From: an uncultured Candidatus Saccharibacteria bacterium
Lineage (GTDB): Bacteria; Patescibacteriota; Saccharimonadia; Saccharimonadales; CAYZZS01
Assembly: GCA_964483035.1 (NCBI GenBank)
Contig: CAYZZS010000001.1
Location: forward strand, 6,979 to 70,978
DNA: 64,000 nucleotides
Reading direction: 5' to 3'
A program made the translations under genes and the position numbers. Shown here in pieces: positions 7,332-16,536 of the stretch. The stretch's first letter is position 1, and every line of letters begins with the position of its first letter. A model generated the notes under the pieces. That model made no database searches, had not been told where the DNA came from, and saw only the letters and a list, made by a program, of their open reading frames with translations.

Positions 7332-9110
7332 ATGAGATATATCTGGAGAATTATTACTTTTACCGGCAATCTGTGGCCGTATTATGTGGCTATATCTGTT
7401 TTTACGGTACTGCTGGCTGCCATGAGTCAGTTAACACCGCTACTTACTAAGGGAGCGGTCGATGAGATTGGCAGGCTTGCCGGCGGAGGCGAGGCGAATG
7501 TGCGGCTTGTCGCCTTGCTGGCGGTGTTGATATTTGCAGCTGATGCTGGTCAGACCATATTCAGTAATATATCCGGCTATTTGGGCGATATGCTGATGAT
7601 CAAGCTGAAGCGTCAGCTGAGCGAGCGGTATTATGAACATCTGCTTAGTTTGCCGCAGCGGTATTTTGACAAAGAGCTATCTGGGAAGATTATTAACCGC
7701 ATGAGTCGGGGTATTCAGCAGATCGGTGACTTTACACAGATGGTGAGCAACAACTTCCTGCAGTTTATTGTCAGTACGGTATTTTCACTAATTATCGTCG
7801 CATATTATTCATGGCAGGTGGCGGTAATGCTTGGTTTGCTGTATCCGATTTTCATGTGGATGACAGCAAAGACCAGCAACAAATGGCAGCGATATCAGAA
7901 GACAATCAATGAGGCGCTGGACATCGCCAGCGGTCGGTTCGCCGAAAGCATCGGTCAGGTCAAGGTCGTTAAGAGCTTTATCCAGGAAGATCGAGAGCTA
8001 CGATTTTTCCGCAAGCATATCAGTAAGGCGGTGAATACAACCCGCCCGCAAAGCCGATACTGGCACAGGCAAGATATTGCTCGGCGGCTGGTGTTGAATA
8101 TTATATTTTTCGCGGTGTTTGCCTATATCTTCATCGAAACGGCGCGAGGCAACTATACCATCGGTGAAATGATTCTACTGATCCAATATGCGATGTTGAT
8201 TCGCATCCCCATCTTCAGTATTAGCTTCCTGATAGATCGCACTCAGCGGGCGATTGCTGACAGTAAGGATTACTTTGAGGTTATGGATGAGGCGGTGGAG
8301 GCTTCGGATGATGAGCGGGCCAAGGAACTGCAGGTGAAGCGGGGTGAGATCCAGTTTGATTCGGTTTCGTTCTCATATGACAAGGTGCCGGTGCTCAGTG
8401 ATATTTCCTTTACGATCAAGCCGGATACTAAAGTAGCACTGGTCGGTGAGAGCGGCGAGGGTAAAACAACGTTGACGAATCTGCTCATGAGGCTGTATGA
8501 GCCGGACGCTGGCCGAATAATAATTGATGGCCAGGATGTAAACGATGTTACCCAGCGCTCATTAAGGAGGCAGATTGGCGTGGTATTCCAGGACCCAGCG
8601 CTGTTTAGTGGCACAATCAAGGAGAATATCAGCTATGCTCGGCCGGGAGCGAGCGAGGCGGAGATAATTTCAGCCGCAAAAGCTGCCAATGCCCATGAAT
8701 TCATTGAAAAGCTTGAGAAAGGATATGATACCGAAATTGGCGAGCGGGGATTGAAGCTTTCAGGGGGTCAAAAACAGCGAATCGCAATTGCCAGGGCACT
8801 ACTCAAGGATGCCCCGATACTTATACTGGACGAAGCCACCAGTAGTCTTGATAGCAAGAGCGAGGCTATGGTTCAGGAGGCCTTGCAGCGGCTCATGAAG
8901 GGCCGTACGACGATTATTATCGCCCACCGTCTTAGTACGATCCAGAATGTGGATTTGATTGTGACGCTGAAGAGCGGTAGGGTTAATGAGCTTGGTCCGC
9001 CCAAACAGCTGGCAAAAAGCGGTGGCATCTATGCTCAGCTTCTCAGACTGCAGCGCGGCACAACAGAAGCGACCAAGAAGAAGTTACGTGAGTTTGAGAT
9101 TGCCACGTAG
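7332..9110 (+). CDS. ABC transporter, fused permease/ATP-binding protein (exporter type, MsbA/MdlB-like)
   Basis: Six-TM N-terminal half, then Walker A GESGEGKT, signature LSGGQKQR and Walker B ILILDEATS. Confidence 0.9.
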   Translation: MRYIWRIITFTGNLWPYYVAISVFTVLLAAMSQLTPLLTKGAVDEIGRLAGGGEANVRLVALLAVLIFAADAGQTIFSNISGYLGDMLMIKLKRQLSERYYEHLLSLPQRYFDKELSGKIINRMSRGIQQIGDFTQMVSNNFLQFIVSTVFSLIIVAYYSWQVAVMLGLLYPIFMWMTAKTSNKWQRYQKTINEALDIASGRFAESIGQVKVVKSFIQEDRELRFFRKHISKAVNTTRPQSRYWHRQDIARRLVLNIIFFAVFAYIFIETARGNYTIGEMILLIQYAMLIRIPIFSISFLIDRTQRAIADSKDYFEVMDEAVEASDDERAKELQVKRGEIQFDSVSFSYDKVPVLSDISFTIKPDTKVALVGESGEGKTTLTNLLMRLYEPDAGRIIIDGQDVNDVTQRSLRRQIGVVFQDPALFSGTIKENISYARPGASEAEIISAAKAANAHEFIEKLEKGYDTEIGERGLKLSGGQKQRIAIARALLKDAPILILDEATSSLDSKSEAMVQEALQRLMKGRTTIIIAHRLSTIQNVDLIVTLKSGRVNELGPPKQLAKSGGIYAQLLRLQRGTTEATKKKLREFEIAT

Positions 9111-9182
9111 TCTGGCGGCAATAGTTGACGAATCACCAGCTGAGAAGCTACCATACCAAACAATAATTAGAGGAATGAGTCC

Positions 9183-12044
9183 ATGCCGAAGCCGAATTCT
9201 ACAGCGGAGAGAAATAAGCGATACGGCATGCTTGTTCGGCTGACCACTCTATTTTTCAATCGGCCACGCATAACTGCGCTGCTCTGGCTAGCGCTGATGG
9301 TATTCGGGATATTTAGCTACACGACACTTTTAAAGCGCGAGGGTTTCCCTGATGTTCAAATTCCGATCTCTGTTGTAACGGGAGTCTATCCGGTAAATGA
9401 CCCGGCCCGGGTAGACGCAGAGGCAGCCAGGCATGTCGTTGGTGCGGCACTTGCTATGGATTCGGTAAGTGCAGTCAAATCATCCAGTTCAGGTAATTTC
9501 TTTACGGTATCAATCCAGTTCAAAGGGGGAACTGATGCCGAGGCTGCAACTTCCGCCCTAGAGCAGGAGGTGCGTGACCAGGGGTTGGTTCCACCGAATG
9601 CTTTGATGCAATACAATGTGCCGTACTTTGGTGCGACCGGTGGAGATATTGAGCCGATAGACATTGCCGTGTCGCTGTACCGAGAGGGGCAGGTTGAGAC
9701 AGACATCACGGCCCTAACTGCTAAAGCAGAAGAGGCAGCGGAGTGGTTGCGCAGCCAGAATCTAAGCCAGGTGGATCAAGTGTTTGTCAAAAGCCCGTTT
9801 GAGCAGACGATTGGACCGGACGGCCAACTGGCAGTCATCCAGCGATCATTTGATAGGTTCGGAGAGCGTGAGAATGGCAGAACCGCGTTTCACCCGTCAG
9901 TCATTATCGGCCTGAGTATGAAGGCTGATGCTGATATTCTGAAGCTGGATAAAGAGGTGGAGGATGCACTCCATGTGTTAGCTGTTCAACCGCAGTTCGA
10001 GGGGTATGAAGCGCAGATAAGCGCCAGTTTTGCGCCGTCGATAGAAGAGAATATCAGCGAACTGCAGCGCGTATTGCTTGAGGGGTTGCTGGCAGTGCTG
10101 GTTGTCGGCTCATTGGTCATTGCTGTACGGGCCTCTATTATTACCGTCATTTCCATGGTGACAGTGCTCTTCATCAGCTTGGCCTTCCTCTATGTTATTG
10201 GATATACGCTCAACGTCATTACGCTGTTTGCACTCATTTTAAGTCTGGCACTAATTGTTGACGATACCATCATTATGGTAGAGGCAATCGATGCTGCTAG
10301 GCGCCGAGGTACAAGCCGCCTAGCAATCGTCAAAGACGCCACTAGCAGAATAAGTCGGGCGATGGTGGCCGCTACCTTAACAGCAGCGCTTAGCTTTGCA
10401 CCGCTGTTGTTTGTCGGTGGTATTCTGGGCAGCTTTATTCGGGCCATTCCCATCACCATTATCGCATCGCTTCTGATCAGTTTGCTGGTGGCGCTGGTGT
10501 TTATTCCGTTCTTTTCGCGCGTCATATTACTACGGAAGCTTGATGTAAAGCGACAGTCTGCAGGCGGTATGGCGCGACTGGAGGATGGTCTGGCCTCATT
10601 TATCACTTGGCCAATGCGCAAGGTGCGCAATGCTCCGCGCAGGCTGTTTGCCGTGTGGCTAGTGACGGCAGTGATCGGTGTAGGGTTCGTGCTTGGCGGG
10701 TTGGCAATCGGCCGGAATGTGATCTTTAACATCTTTCCTCCCTCTAAAGATACCAACGGCCTGGTTGTCAGGCTGAATTTTCCGCAGGGTACGGATTTAC
10801 AGGAAGCGGCTGCCATCTCAGAGAAAGCCGATGCGATCATCTCGGCCGCTGTCGGCGAGAACTTTTCAAAGGCATCCTACTATGCGACCGGTTCGGCGCA
10901 ATCGGCAACTGTTCAGATACAGCTCACGCCATACACCGAACGTGAAGTGACATCACCGGAGCTGGTGCGGCAGCTGCAAGAGCGTTTCAATGCAGACTTT
11001 CCTGAAGCTCGAGCTGCCGTTGGGCAATTGGATGTAGGTCCGCCAACTTCGGACTTTACGGTTCTAATCACGGCTGATGATCGGGAGGCTGCGTATCGAG
11101 CCGCTAATGATATTGCTGATTTTATGCGAGTGACTCGCTTAGAGCGACTTAACGGAACGGCCGCACAATTTGTCAATGTGTCAGTATCGAGCGCTGATGA
11201 ATTTCTGCGGGTCGGTAACCGACCTGTCGTACAGGTAACTGGTGGCTTCGATGGCGACGATATTTCCACTCTGGTCTCACTTGCAGAAACGGCTGTCAAT
11301 GAGCGGTTTGACGAAGCCACACTAGGTCAGTACGGTCTATCGGCAGATGCGGTCACGTTTGATATCGGTCAAGAATCGGAAAACCAAGAGTCGTTTAATT
11401 CGCTCTTGTTGGCATTTCCTGCCATGCTTGTAGTGATGTATCTTCTGCTGGCGTTCCAGTTCCGTTCGCTACTGCAGCCGCTGTTGATCTTCCTGGCAAT
11501 CCCCTTTAGCCTGTTCGGGATTATGCTTGGTCTTGATGTGACGAACAATGCTATTAGTTTCTTTGCTATGCTTGGATTTTTCGCTCTGGTTGGCCTCAGC
11601 ATTAAGAACACTATACTACTTACCGATTATGCGAATCAGGCCCGCCATAGGGGCGAGTCGGCAGTTGATGCTTCGGTTGATGCGCTTCGGGAGCGATTCC
11701 GTCCGCTGTTTGCTACCAGCTTAACCGCTGTAGTCTCGCTTATTCCGCTGGCAATCGCCAGTCCGTTCTGGGAGGGTTTGGCGGTAGTGCTGATCTTTGG
11801 GCTGTTATCCAGCACCTTCCTGGTAGTGACCGTGTTTCCATACTATTATCTGGGCGCCGAATATTTACGCGGCAGATTTGGGCGTCTACAGACCATTGTC
11901 TGGCTGATCGTGCTTGTTGGCGGTACTGTTATATTGGGAATCACCGGGAATGCAGAGTATATTCCGGTAATTATATTGGCATGCCTGCTCGTCTTTCCGG
12001 TGCATTGGACACTCAGAAAAATCGTAGCCGGAATAATATCGTAA
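9183..12044 (+). CDS. RND superfamily efflux permease (AcrB/AcrD/AcrF-like)
   Basis: 953-aa protein with two 6-TM bundles separated by large extracytoplasmic loops. The N-terminus (FFNRPRITALLWLALMVFGIFSY) is typical of RND pumps. Confidence 0.8.
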   Translation: MPKPNSTAERNKRYGMLVRLTTLFFNRPRITALLWLALMVFGIFSYTTLLKREGFPDVQIPISVVTGVYPVNDPARVDAEAARHVVGAALAMDSVSAVKSSSSGNFFTVSIQFKGGTDAEAATSALEQEVRDQGLVPPNALMQYNVPYFGATGGDIEPIDIAVSLYREGQVETDITALTAKAEEAAEWLRSQNLSQVDQVFVKSPFEQTIGPDGQLAVIQRSFDRFGERENGRTAFHPSVIIGLSMKADADILKLDKEVEDALHVLAVQPQFEGYEAQISASFAPSIEENISELQRVLLEGLLAVLVVGSLVIAVRASIITVISMVTVLFISLAFLYVIGYTLNVITLFALILSLALIVDDTIIMVEAIDAARRRGTSRLAIVKDATSRISRAMVAATLTAALSFAPLLFVGGILGSFIRAIPITIIASLLISLLVALVFIPFFSRVILLRKLDVKRQSAGGMARLEDGLASFITWPMRKVRNAPRRLFAVWLVTAVIGVGFVLGGLAIGRNVIFNIFPPSKDTNGLVVRLNFPQGTDLQEAAAISEKADAIISAAVGENFSKASYYATGSAQSATVQIQLTPYTEREVTSPELVRQLQERFNADFPEARAAVGQLDVGPPTSDFTVLITADDREAAYRAANDIADFMRVTRLERLNGTAAQFVNVSVSSADEFLRVGNRPVVQVTGGFDGDDISTLVSLAETAVNERFDEATLGQYGLSADAVTFDIGQESENQESFNSLLLAFPAMLVVMYLLLAFQFRSLLQPLLIFLAIPFSLFGIMLGLDVTNNAISFFAMLGFFALVGLSIKNTILLTDYANQARHRGESAVDASVDALRERFRPLFATSLTAVVSLIPLAIASPFWEGLAVVLIFGLLSSTFLVVTVFPYYYLGAEYLRGRFGRLQTIVWLIVLVGGTVILGITGNAEYIPVIILACLLVFPVHWTLRKIVAGIIS

Positions 12045-12061
12045 TTGGTATACTTGATGGT

Positions 12062-12535
12062 ATGAGAAGAGCGGTACGTGCGATCATTATCAGGGATGAC
12101 AAGTTGCTGGTGATGCATCGAAACAAGTTCGGGGAAGAATATTATACGCTGCTTGGCGGAGGTGTTGATTTTGGAGAAGCTCCAGAGCAATCCCTCTTTC
12201 GGGAGGTGCGGGAAGAGTCGGGCCTGCAAGTAGGTCACTGTAGACTAGTATTCATTGAAGAGGCCGGTAATCCTTATGGGACGCAATATATCTACCTGTG
12301 TGACGATCCGGGTGGGGAGCCGGTGCTGGATCCTCAGTCAGCCGAGGCATCGATTAATGAGTTGGGCCAGAACATACATACGCCAATGTGGCTTTCTATA
12401 GAGGAGCTCAAGCGCTCTCCATTTTTGTCAGAGACTTTGAAACATGCAATACTAAATGGCATACAAAATGGGTTTCCAGAATCGCCGGTGACCTTGAGGC
12501 CGTCAGCATTTCCGGAACATTCAGCTAAGGAGTAA
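12062..12535 (+). CDS. NUDIX hydrolase
   Basis: Nudix box GGGVDFGEAPEQSLFREVREESGL. The ATG at 12062 is chosen because the ORF-track start (11981) overlaps the RND gene. Confidence 0.8.
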   Translation: MRRAVRAIIIRDDKLLVMHRNKFGEEYYTLLGGGVDFGEAPEQSLFREVREESGLQVGHCRLVFIEEAGNPYGTQYIYLCDDPGGEPVLDPQSAEASINELGQNIHTPMWLSIEELKRSPFLSETLKHAILNGIQNGFPESPVTLRPSAFPEHSAKE

Positions 12536-12547
12536 GAGGGAGTAGGT

Positions 12548-13156
12548 ATGGCTCGAAAACGCGAACGGGCAATGGCGTGGGTTGGTGTGATAATTTTCTT
12601 TTTGTCATCCGTGGCATTCAGTGGTCTGGTGTTGTGGCAAATGAATCAGGATAGCAGTTCAAGTCAGTCAGCACTGGAGGATGCGCTAAATCAATCACAG
12701 CAAGCTAATTCGACATGTACCATCAGCAGTGTTCCGGGGGGCGAGATTATGAATGCGCCGGAGGTCTTTAAGCCAAACGGCGATGTTACTGAGCTGCAGG
12801 CCACTGATCTTGAGTCGGGAGACGGTCCGGTAGTGGAGGTCGGCGACTGCTTAACAGTTAAGTATCAGGGTTCACTAGCGAGTGACGGTACCGTATTTGA
12901 TGGCAACTTTGAGCAAGAAACGCTTTTGAAGCTGGCTGTCGGGCAAGGTTATGTTATCAAGGGCTGGGATGAAGGGCTGATTGGCATGAAAGAGGGCGGA
13001 TTGCGGCGTCTCGTAATACCGAGTGAGCTGGCTTATGGTGCAAACGGATCTTGCGCTCGGTACTCTCAGGAGGACGGCAGTTGCGCGGAGTATAGCATTG
13101 AGCCGGATGCCGACCTGGTCTTTGTGGTCAGGCTTGTCGGGGTTGAGAAGCGGTAA
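12548..13156 (+). CDS. FKBP-type peptidyl-prolyl cis-trans isomerase, N-terminal membrane anchor
   Basis: FKBP core (VKYQGSLASDGTVFD, GWDEGLIGMKEGGLRRLVIPSELAYG, LVFVVRLV). The SD AAGGAG is upstream. Confidence 0.85.
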   Translation: MARKRERAMAWVGVIIFFLSSVAFSGLVLWQMNQDSSSSQSALEDALNQSQQANSTCTISSVPGGEIMNAPEVFKPNGDVTELQATDLESGDGPVVEVGDCLTVKYQGSLASDGTVFDGNFEQETLLKLAVGQGYVIKGWDEGLIGMKEGGLRRLVIPSELAYGANGSCARYSQEDGSCAEYSIEPDADLVFVVRLVGVEKR

Positions 13157-13204
13157 GCGCAACGCCCAACAGTTTCATTCGCAGCAAATGGCAAAAAACA
13201 CAAC

Positions 13205-13239
13205 ATATAGCGTACTTGTGCTATATCGCTACGCTATAT
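13205..13239. promoter_or_regulatory. Perfect 10-bp inverted repeat (ATATAGCGTA-N15-TACGCTATAT) overlapping a putative promoter of the glutaredoxin/trxB genes
   Basis: Arms at 13205-14 and 13230-39, with a third GCTATAT copy in the spacer. A candidate -35 TTGTGC (13216-21) and -10 TAGAAT (13239-44) are 17 nt apart. Confidence 0.35.
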
Positions 13240-13284
13240 AGAATAGTAAGCATAAACAAATAACACAATAAGAGGCTATCTATA

Positions 13285-13533
13285 ATGGCAAAAAGTATCA
13301 CTATCTTCACCACTAATACATGCGCGTATTGCGTCATGGTGAAGCGCTGGCTGAGCTCTAAGGGGCTTAGCTATGAAGAGGTAAACCTGGACACCAATCC
13401 TGAGCGACAGGCAGAGGCGTTGGAGTTGAGCGGTGCATTGACCGTCCCTGTTACGGTAGTCACCAAAGAGGACGACACTAAGGAAGTGATTGTGGGCTAT
13501 AACCTTGCCAAGTTAGCGCCAGCTGTTGCGTAG
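13285..13533 (+). CDS. Glutaredoxin-like / NrdH-type small redoxin
   Basis: 82 aa with a thioredoxin fold and CAYC active site near the N-terminus (ITIFTTNTCAYCVMVKRWL), plus TVPV. Confidence 0.75.
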   Translation: MAKSITIFTTNTCAYCVMVKRWLSSKGLSYEEVNLDTNPERQAEALELSGALTVPVTVVTKEDDTKEVIVGYNLAKLAPAVA

Positions 13534-13635
13534 AGCACTGGTACACAGTGTGCGAGCCGAAGTAGCCGCAAAAGTTCGTTAGCTATTAGCTAAATAAAAA
13601 GTACAGACATAATCACTAGCAAAGGAACGAATAGT

Positions 13636-14583
13636 ATGGCGATCGACAAGTTGTGGGACGTAGTAATGATAGGGGCTGGACCTGCTGCATTGTCGGCGGC
13701 CATCTATACCACGCGCGAAGATATTGAAACGCTGCTTATAGAGAAAGGTGTCGTGGGAGGTCTTGCGGCTATCACTGACTGGGTCGATAACTATCCAGGA
13801 TTCCCCCAGGGTTTAGCCGGATTAGAGCTGGCTGAAGGATTGCGTCAGCAGGCTGAGCGTTTTGGGGCCCAGTTTGAGTACGGTGAAGTGCTGAAGGTTC
13901 ATGATGAAGGTGCGGTGAAGCGGTTGGAGACGACCAGTGGCGATATCAGGGCAAAGACTGTTCTGATTGCAACTGGCAGTGACTATAAGAAACTCGGGAT
14001 ACCTGGTGAGGCAGAGTACTACGGAAGGGGTGTGCATTATTGTGCAACCTGTGACGGCGCTTTTTACCGCGACAAACGACTAGTGGTTGTTGGTGGTGGC
14101 AACTCAGCGCTCCAAGAGGCGATATTTTTGACCCGATTTACATCAAAGATTGACCTTTTAGTTCGTGGTGAGGCTATGAGGGCTTCTGACATACTACAGA
14201 AGGAGCTAGGGAAGCACACTGATAAGATTACGGTTCACTTGAATACCACGACAGATGAGATTATTGGCGAGAATAATCAGGTAGTTAAGGTGATTGGAAC
14301 GAACAAAAAGACCGGTGAAAGAGTCGAATTTCCAACCGACGGTGTTTTTGTCTTCATCGGTCTGCTGCCGAATACCGGCTTCCTCAAGGACAGTCAGATC
14401 GAACTTGATGAAGTAGGCATGATAAAGACCGACAGCTCGCTGCAAACAACCGTGCCTGGAATTTTTGCAGCTGGTGACGTGCGAAGCGGCGCGACAATGC
14501 AGATTGCTAGTGCAACTGGCGAGGGAGCAACTGCGGCGCTCATGATTCGAAAGTATTTGGAAGAGGCAGAGCGAGATTCCTAA
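13636..14583 (+). CDS. trxB: Thioredoxin-disulfide reductase
   Basis: GAGPAAL FAD motif, redox CATC (HYCATCDG), GGGNSALQEA NADPH motif and C-terminal GDV motif. Confidence 0.9.
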   Translation: MAIDKLWDVVMIGAGPAALSAAIYTTREDIETLLIEKGVVGGLAAITDWVDNYPGFPQGLAGLELAEGLRQQAERFGAQFEYGEVLKVHDEGAVKRLETTSGDIRAKTVLIATGSDYKKLGIPGEAEYYGRGVHYCATCDGAFYRDKRLVVVGGGNSALQEAIFLTRFTSKIDLLVRGEAMRASDILQKELGKHTDKITVHLNTTTDEIIGENNQVVKVIGTNKKTGERVEFPTDGVFVFIGLLPNTGFLKDSQIELDEVGMIKTDSSLQTTVPGIFAAGDVRSGATMQIASATGEGATAALMIRKYLEEAERDS

Positions 14584-14642
14584 CTTTTTGGCTGCCAGAG
14601 CGTAGTAAAATGCTCCTAATGCCAAACAGCAAAGGAGTGCAT

Positions 14643-15098
14643 ATGAATAAGATTGGCGTTATTGTCACAGGGGTAATAGTCGGAGCAGTGCTGCTGGTAC
14701 TGTTGATTATAGCGCTTGGCGGATCTGGTGAGGCGCCGTCATCTGATGTAAGTACCTCAGATATGAACAATGTGGCTAACGAGCAGGCCGCAAATACTGA
14801 CGAAGGCTCAGAGGCAGGCAATGACGTGCAGGATAGTGCAGAGGTGGCGATAGCTGATTTTAGGTATACGCCAGATGACATAACGATCCGGGTGGGCACT
14901 ACAATTACTTGGTCAAATCAGGATAACGTGACACATACGGTGACACCTGATAAAGGGTATGAGACTGATGAGTTTCAAAGCAGTGGCGCCATGCTGCCTG
15001 GGTCATCATTCAGTGTAACGTTTACTGAGCCCGGAACGTACTTGTATTTTTGTGAGCCGCACCCGAGTATGAAGGGTCGGATTACTGTAATTGACTAG
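14643..15098 (+). CDS. Membrane-anchored cupredoxin (plastocyanin/amicyanin-like type-1 blue copper protein)
   Basis: N-terminal TM helix, then a cupredoxin domain with type-1 Cu ligands H (NVTHTV) and C-x2-H-x4-M (FCEPHPSMKG). The ATG at 14643 follows AAAGGAG. Confidence 0.75.
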   Translation: MNKIGVIVTGVIVGAVLLVLLIIALGGSGEAPSSDVSTSDMNNVANEQAANTDEGSEAGNDVQDSAEVAIADFRYTPDDITIRVGTTITWSNQDNVTHTVTPDKGYETDEFQSSGAMLPGSSFSVTFTEPGTYLYFCEPHPSMKGRITVID

Positions 15099-15106
15099 TC
15101 TGTTTG

Positions 15107-15808
15107 CTATATGCTCGTATAGCCTGGAAAGAAGTCAGTTATGATGCTGCTGCTCGCGACGCCGAGCAACTTCAAGTCATTGCTTAAAGTTTCTATCATT
15201 GGCTCGGGGCCAGACAGGTAAACAAGACTTTCATCCAGATCACCGCTAATTTCAAGGATATTTTTCGCGGTAAGATGGCCGGTTCGCCCCTTCCATCCCT
15301 CGGGTGGTGAGGAAAGGATTAGTTCCGGCTCGATGCCGTACGCCTCAAACATGCTTAGAAAAGCGGCAAAATCTAGGCTTTGCATGGCATAGATAAGGCG
15401 TATATTGCGCTTTTCGCCTGTATCCAACAGCCATTTAACCATGCTCCGCATTGGTGTAACGCCGATGCCCCCAGCTACGAATAGGAGCGGTATAGTGGGG
15501 TCTTTCGGTAGTACGAAGTCACCCATTGGTTCAGATATGGTTATGCTGTCGCCCGGCTGCAGGCTTTTTAGGGCGGCCTTAAAAGTACTGCTCGGATCTG
15601 AGAACTTGGTTGTGATACTAATAAGTTCCTCTGTGGGTGAAGATGAGAGTGTGAACCAGTGCTTTTCTCCGCGCTCATCAGGATTCTCATGCGGAATCGT
15701 TGCTTCAATGAACTGGCCGGCAGTGTAGCGTAGTGACTCCTCGGTCTTGAATCGGAAAGTGATAATATTCTTTGCTTCGTTGTTAGTGTGGTCGAGGGTT
15801 GCTTTCAT
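15107..15808 (-). CDS. Ferredoxin-NADP reductase-like FAD/NAD(P)-binding oxidoreductase
   Basis: FNR-family layout: RxYS/T-like FAD barrel (LRYTAGQF, HWFTLSS), then a GGIGVTP NAD(P) motif. Confidence 0.7.
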   Translation of the reverse strand: MKATLDHTNNEAKNIITFRFKTEESLRYTAGQFIEATIPHENPDERGEKHWFTLSSSPTEELISITTKFSDPSSTFKAALKSLQPGDSITISEPMGDFVLPKDPTIPLLFVAGGIGVTPMRSMVKWLLDTGEKRNIRLIYAMQSLDFAAFLSMFEAYGIEPELILSSPPEGWKGRTGHLTAKNILEISGDLDESLVYLSGPEPMIETLSNDLKLLGVASSSIITDFFPGYTSI

Positions 15809-15822
15809 GTTTACTCCTGCCG

Positions 15823-16491
15823 CTATCTGCGCTTGTAGCGGTCGGGATAGTCGGTAATCACCCCTGCTATCCCGTAACGTTCAAAACGCCTTATCTTTGT
15901 AGGATTATTCATAGTATAGCAATAAAGCTGTTTTTCTTGGCGCTGTAGGCTTCGTATAAAACCGCCCCACAGCCATAGATGATTCATGGCGATATGGTCA
16001 GTTCTGGAGTTGTGTGCTTTGTAGGCAGCTCTGATTCCTGACCATCTCTCTAGTACTATCCGCCTAATTTCAGGCAGCTGCTGGCGGCAGTTTCGTAAAA
16101 TTGATGTGTCGTATGAGGCAAGGTAAAAGTCGGCAGGTGTCCAGCCTTTGCGTAAGTACATCTTCAGCTGGTCGATGATTGGTTGGCATCGAACATCCGG
16201 TTTAATTTCAATCATCAAAATACAATTCCGATCAACCGTTATGACGGCCTCATTAAGTGTCGCAAGGTCGGGGAGGTTGTTTTTCAGCTCTTTGAGTGTG
16301 ATGTCGCTGATATTGGTTTTCTTGCCACGATATCGGTGGGATTTGCCATGAAATAATACCGGCTGACTATCTTTAGTCACCCGCACATCAACTTCTATGG
16401 CGTCGACACCGCATGTTAGGCCGGCTTTGATAGCCGCAATTGTATTCTCGGGAGCCAGCCCTCGTGCCCCTCGATGGCCGATAATTTGCAT
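15823..16491 (-). CDS. Glycerophosphodiester phosphodiesterase family protein
   Basis: N-terminal IGHRGARGLAPENT and EVDVRVTKD motifs of the GDPD domain. Confidence 0.8.
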   Translation of the reverse strand: MQIIGHRGARGLAPENTIAAIKAGLTCGVDAIEVDVRVTKDSQPVLFHGKSHRYRGKKTNISDITLKELKNNLPDLATLNEAVITVDRNCILMIEIKPDVRCQPIIDQLKMYLRKGWTPADFYLASYDTSILRNCRQQLPEIRRIVLERWSGIRAAYKAHNSRTDHIAMNHLWLWGGFIRSLQRQEKQLYCYTMNNPTKIRRFERYGIAGVITDYPDRYKRR

Positions 16492-16536
16492 CTTATGAAA
16501 TAGTGTACAATAAGACGGAAAGACAAGGAGAAAATC

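Noticed and set aside
10190-10840. Long antisense ORFs inside large genes. Examples are 10190-10840 within the RND gene, 26202-26822 in uvrB, 27600-28175 in gatA, 48262-48954 in clpC and 20302-20877 in tkt-C.
   Set aside because: These are shadow frames of well-supported genes. They are Ser/Arg/Ala/Thr-rich with no starts in good context and no recognisable motifs.
11981-12061. Upstream extension of the NUDIX ORF overlapping the RND gene's 3' end.
   Set aside because: The overlap is 64 nt in another frame. The first Met that gives a standard Nudix N-terminus (MRRAVRAIIIRDDKLLV) is at 12062.
13023-13100. Cys-containing insertion (SCARYSQEDGSCAEYS) in the FKBP domain as a possible novel redox switch.
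   Set aside because: Flap or insert regions of FKBPs vary widely in length. Two cysteines alone are weak evidence, so this is noted only as a minor peculiarity.
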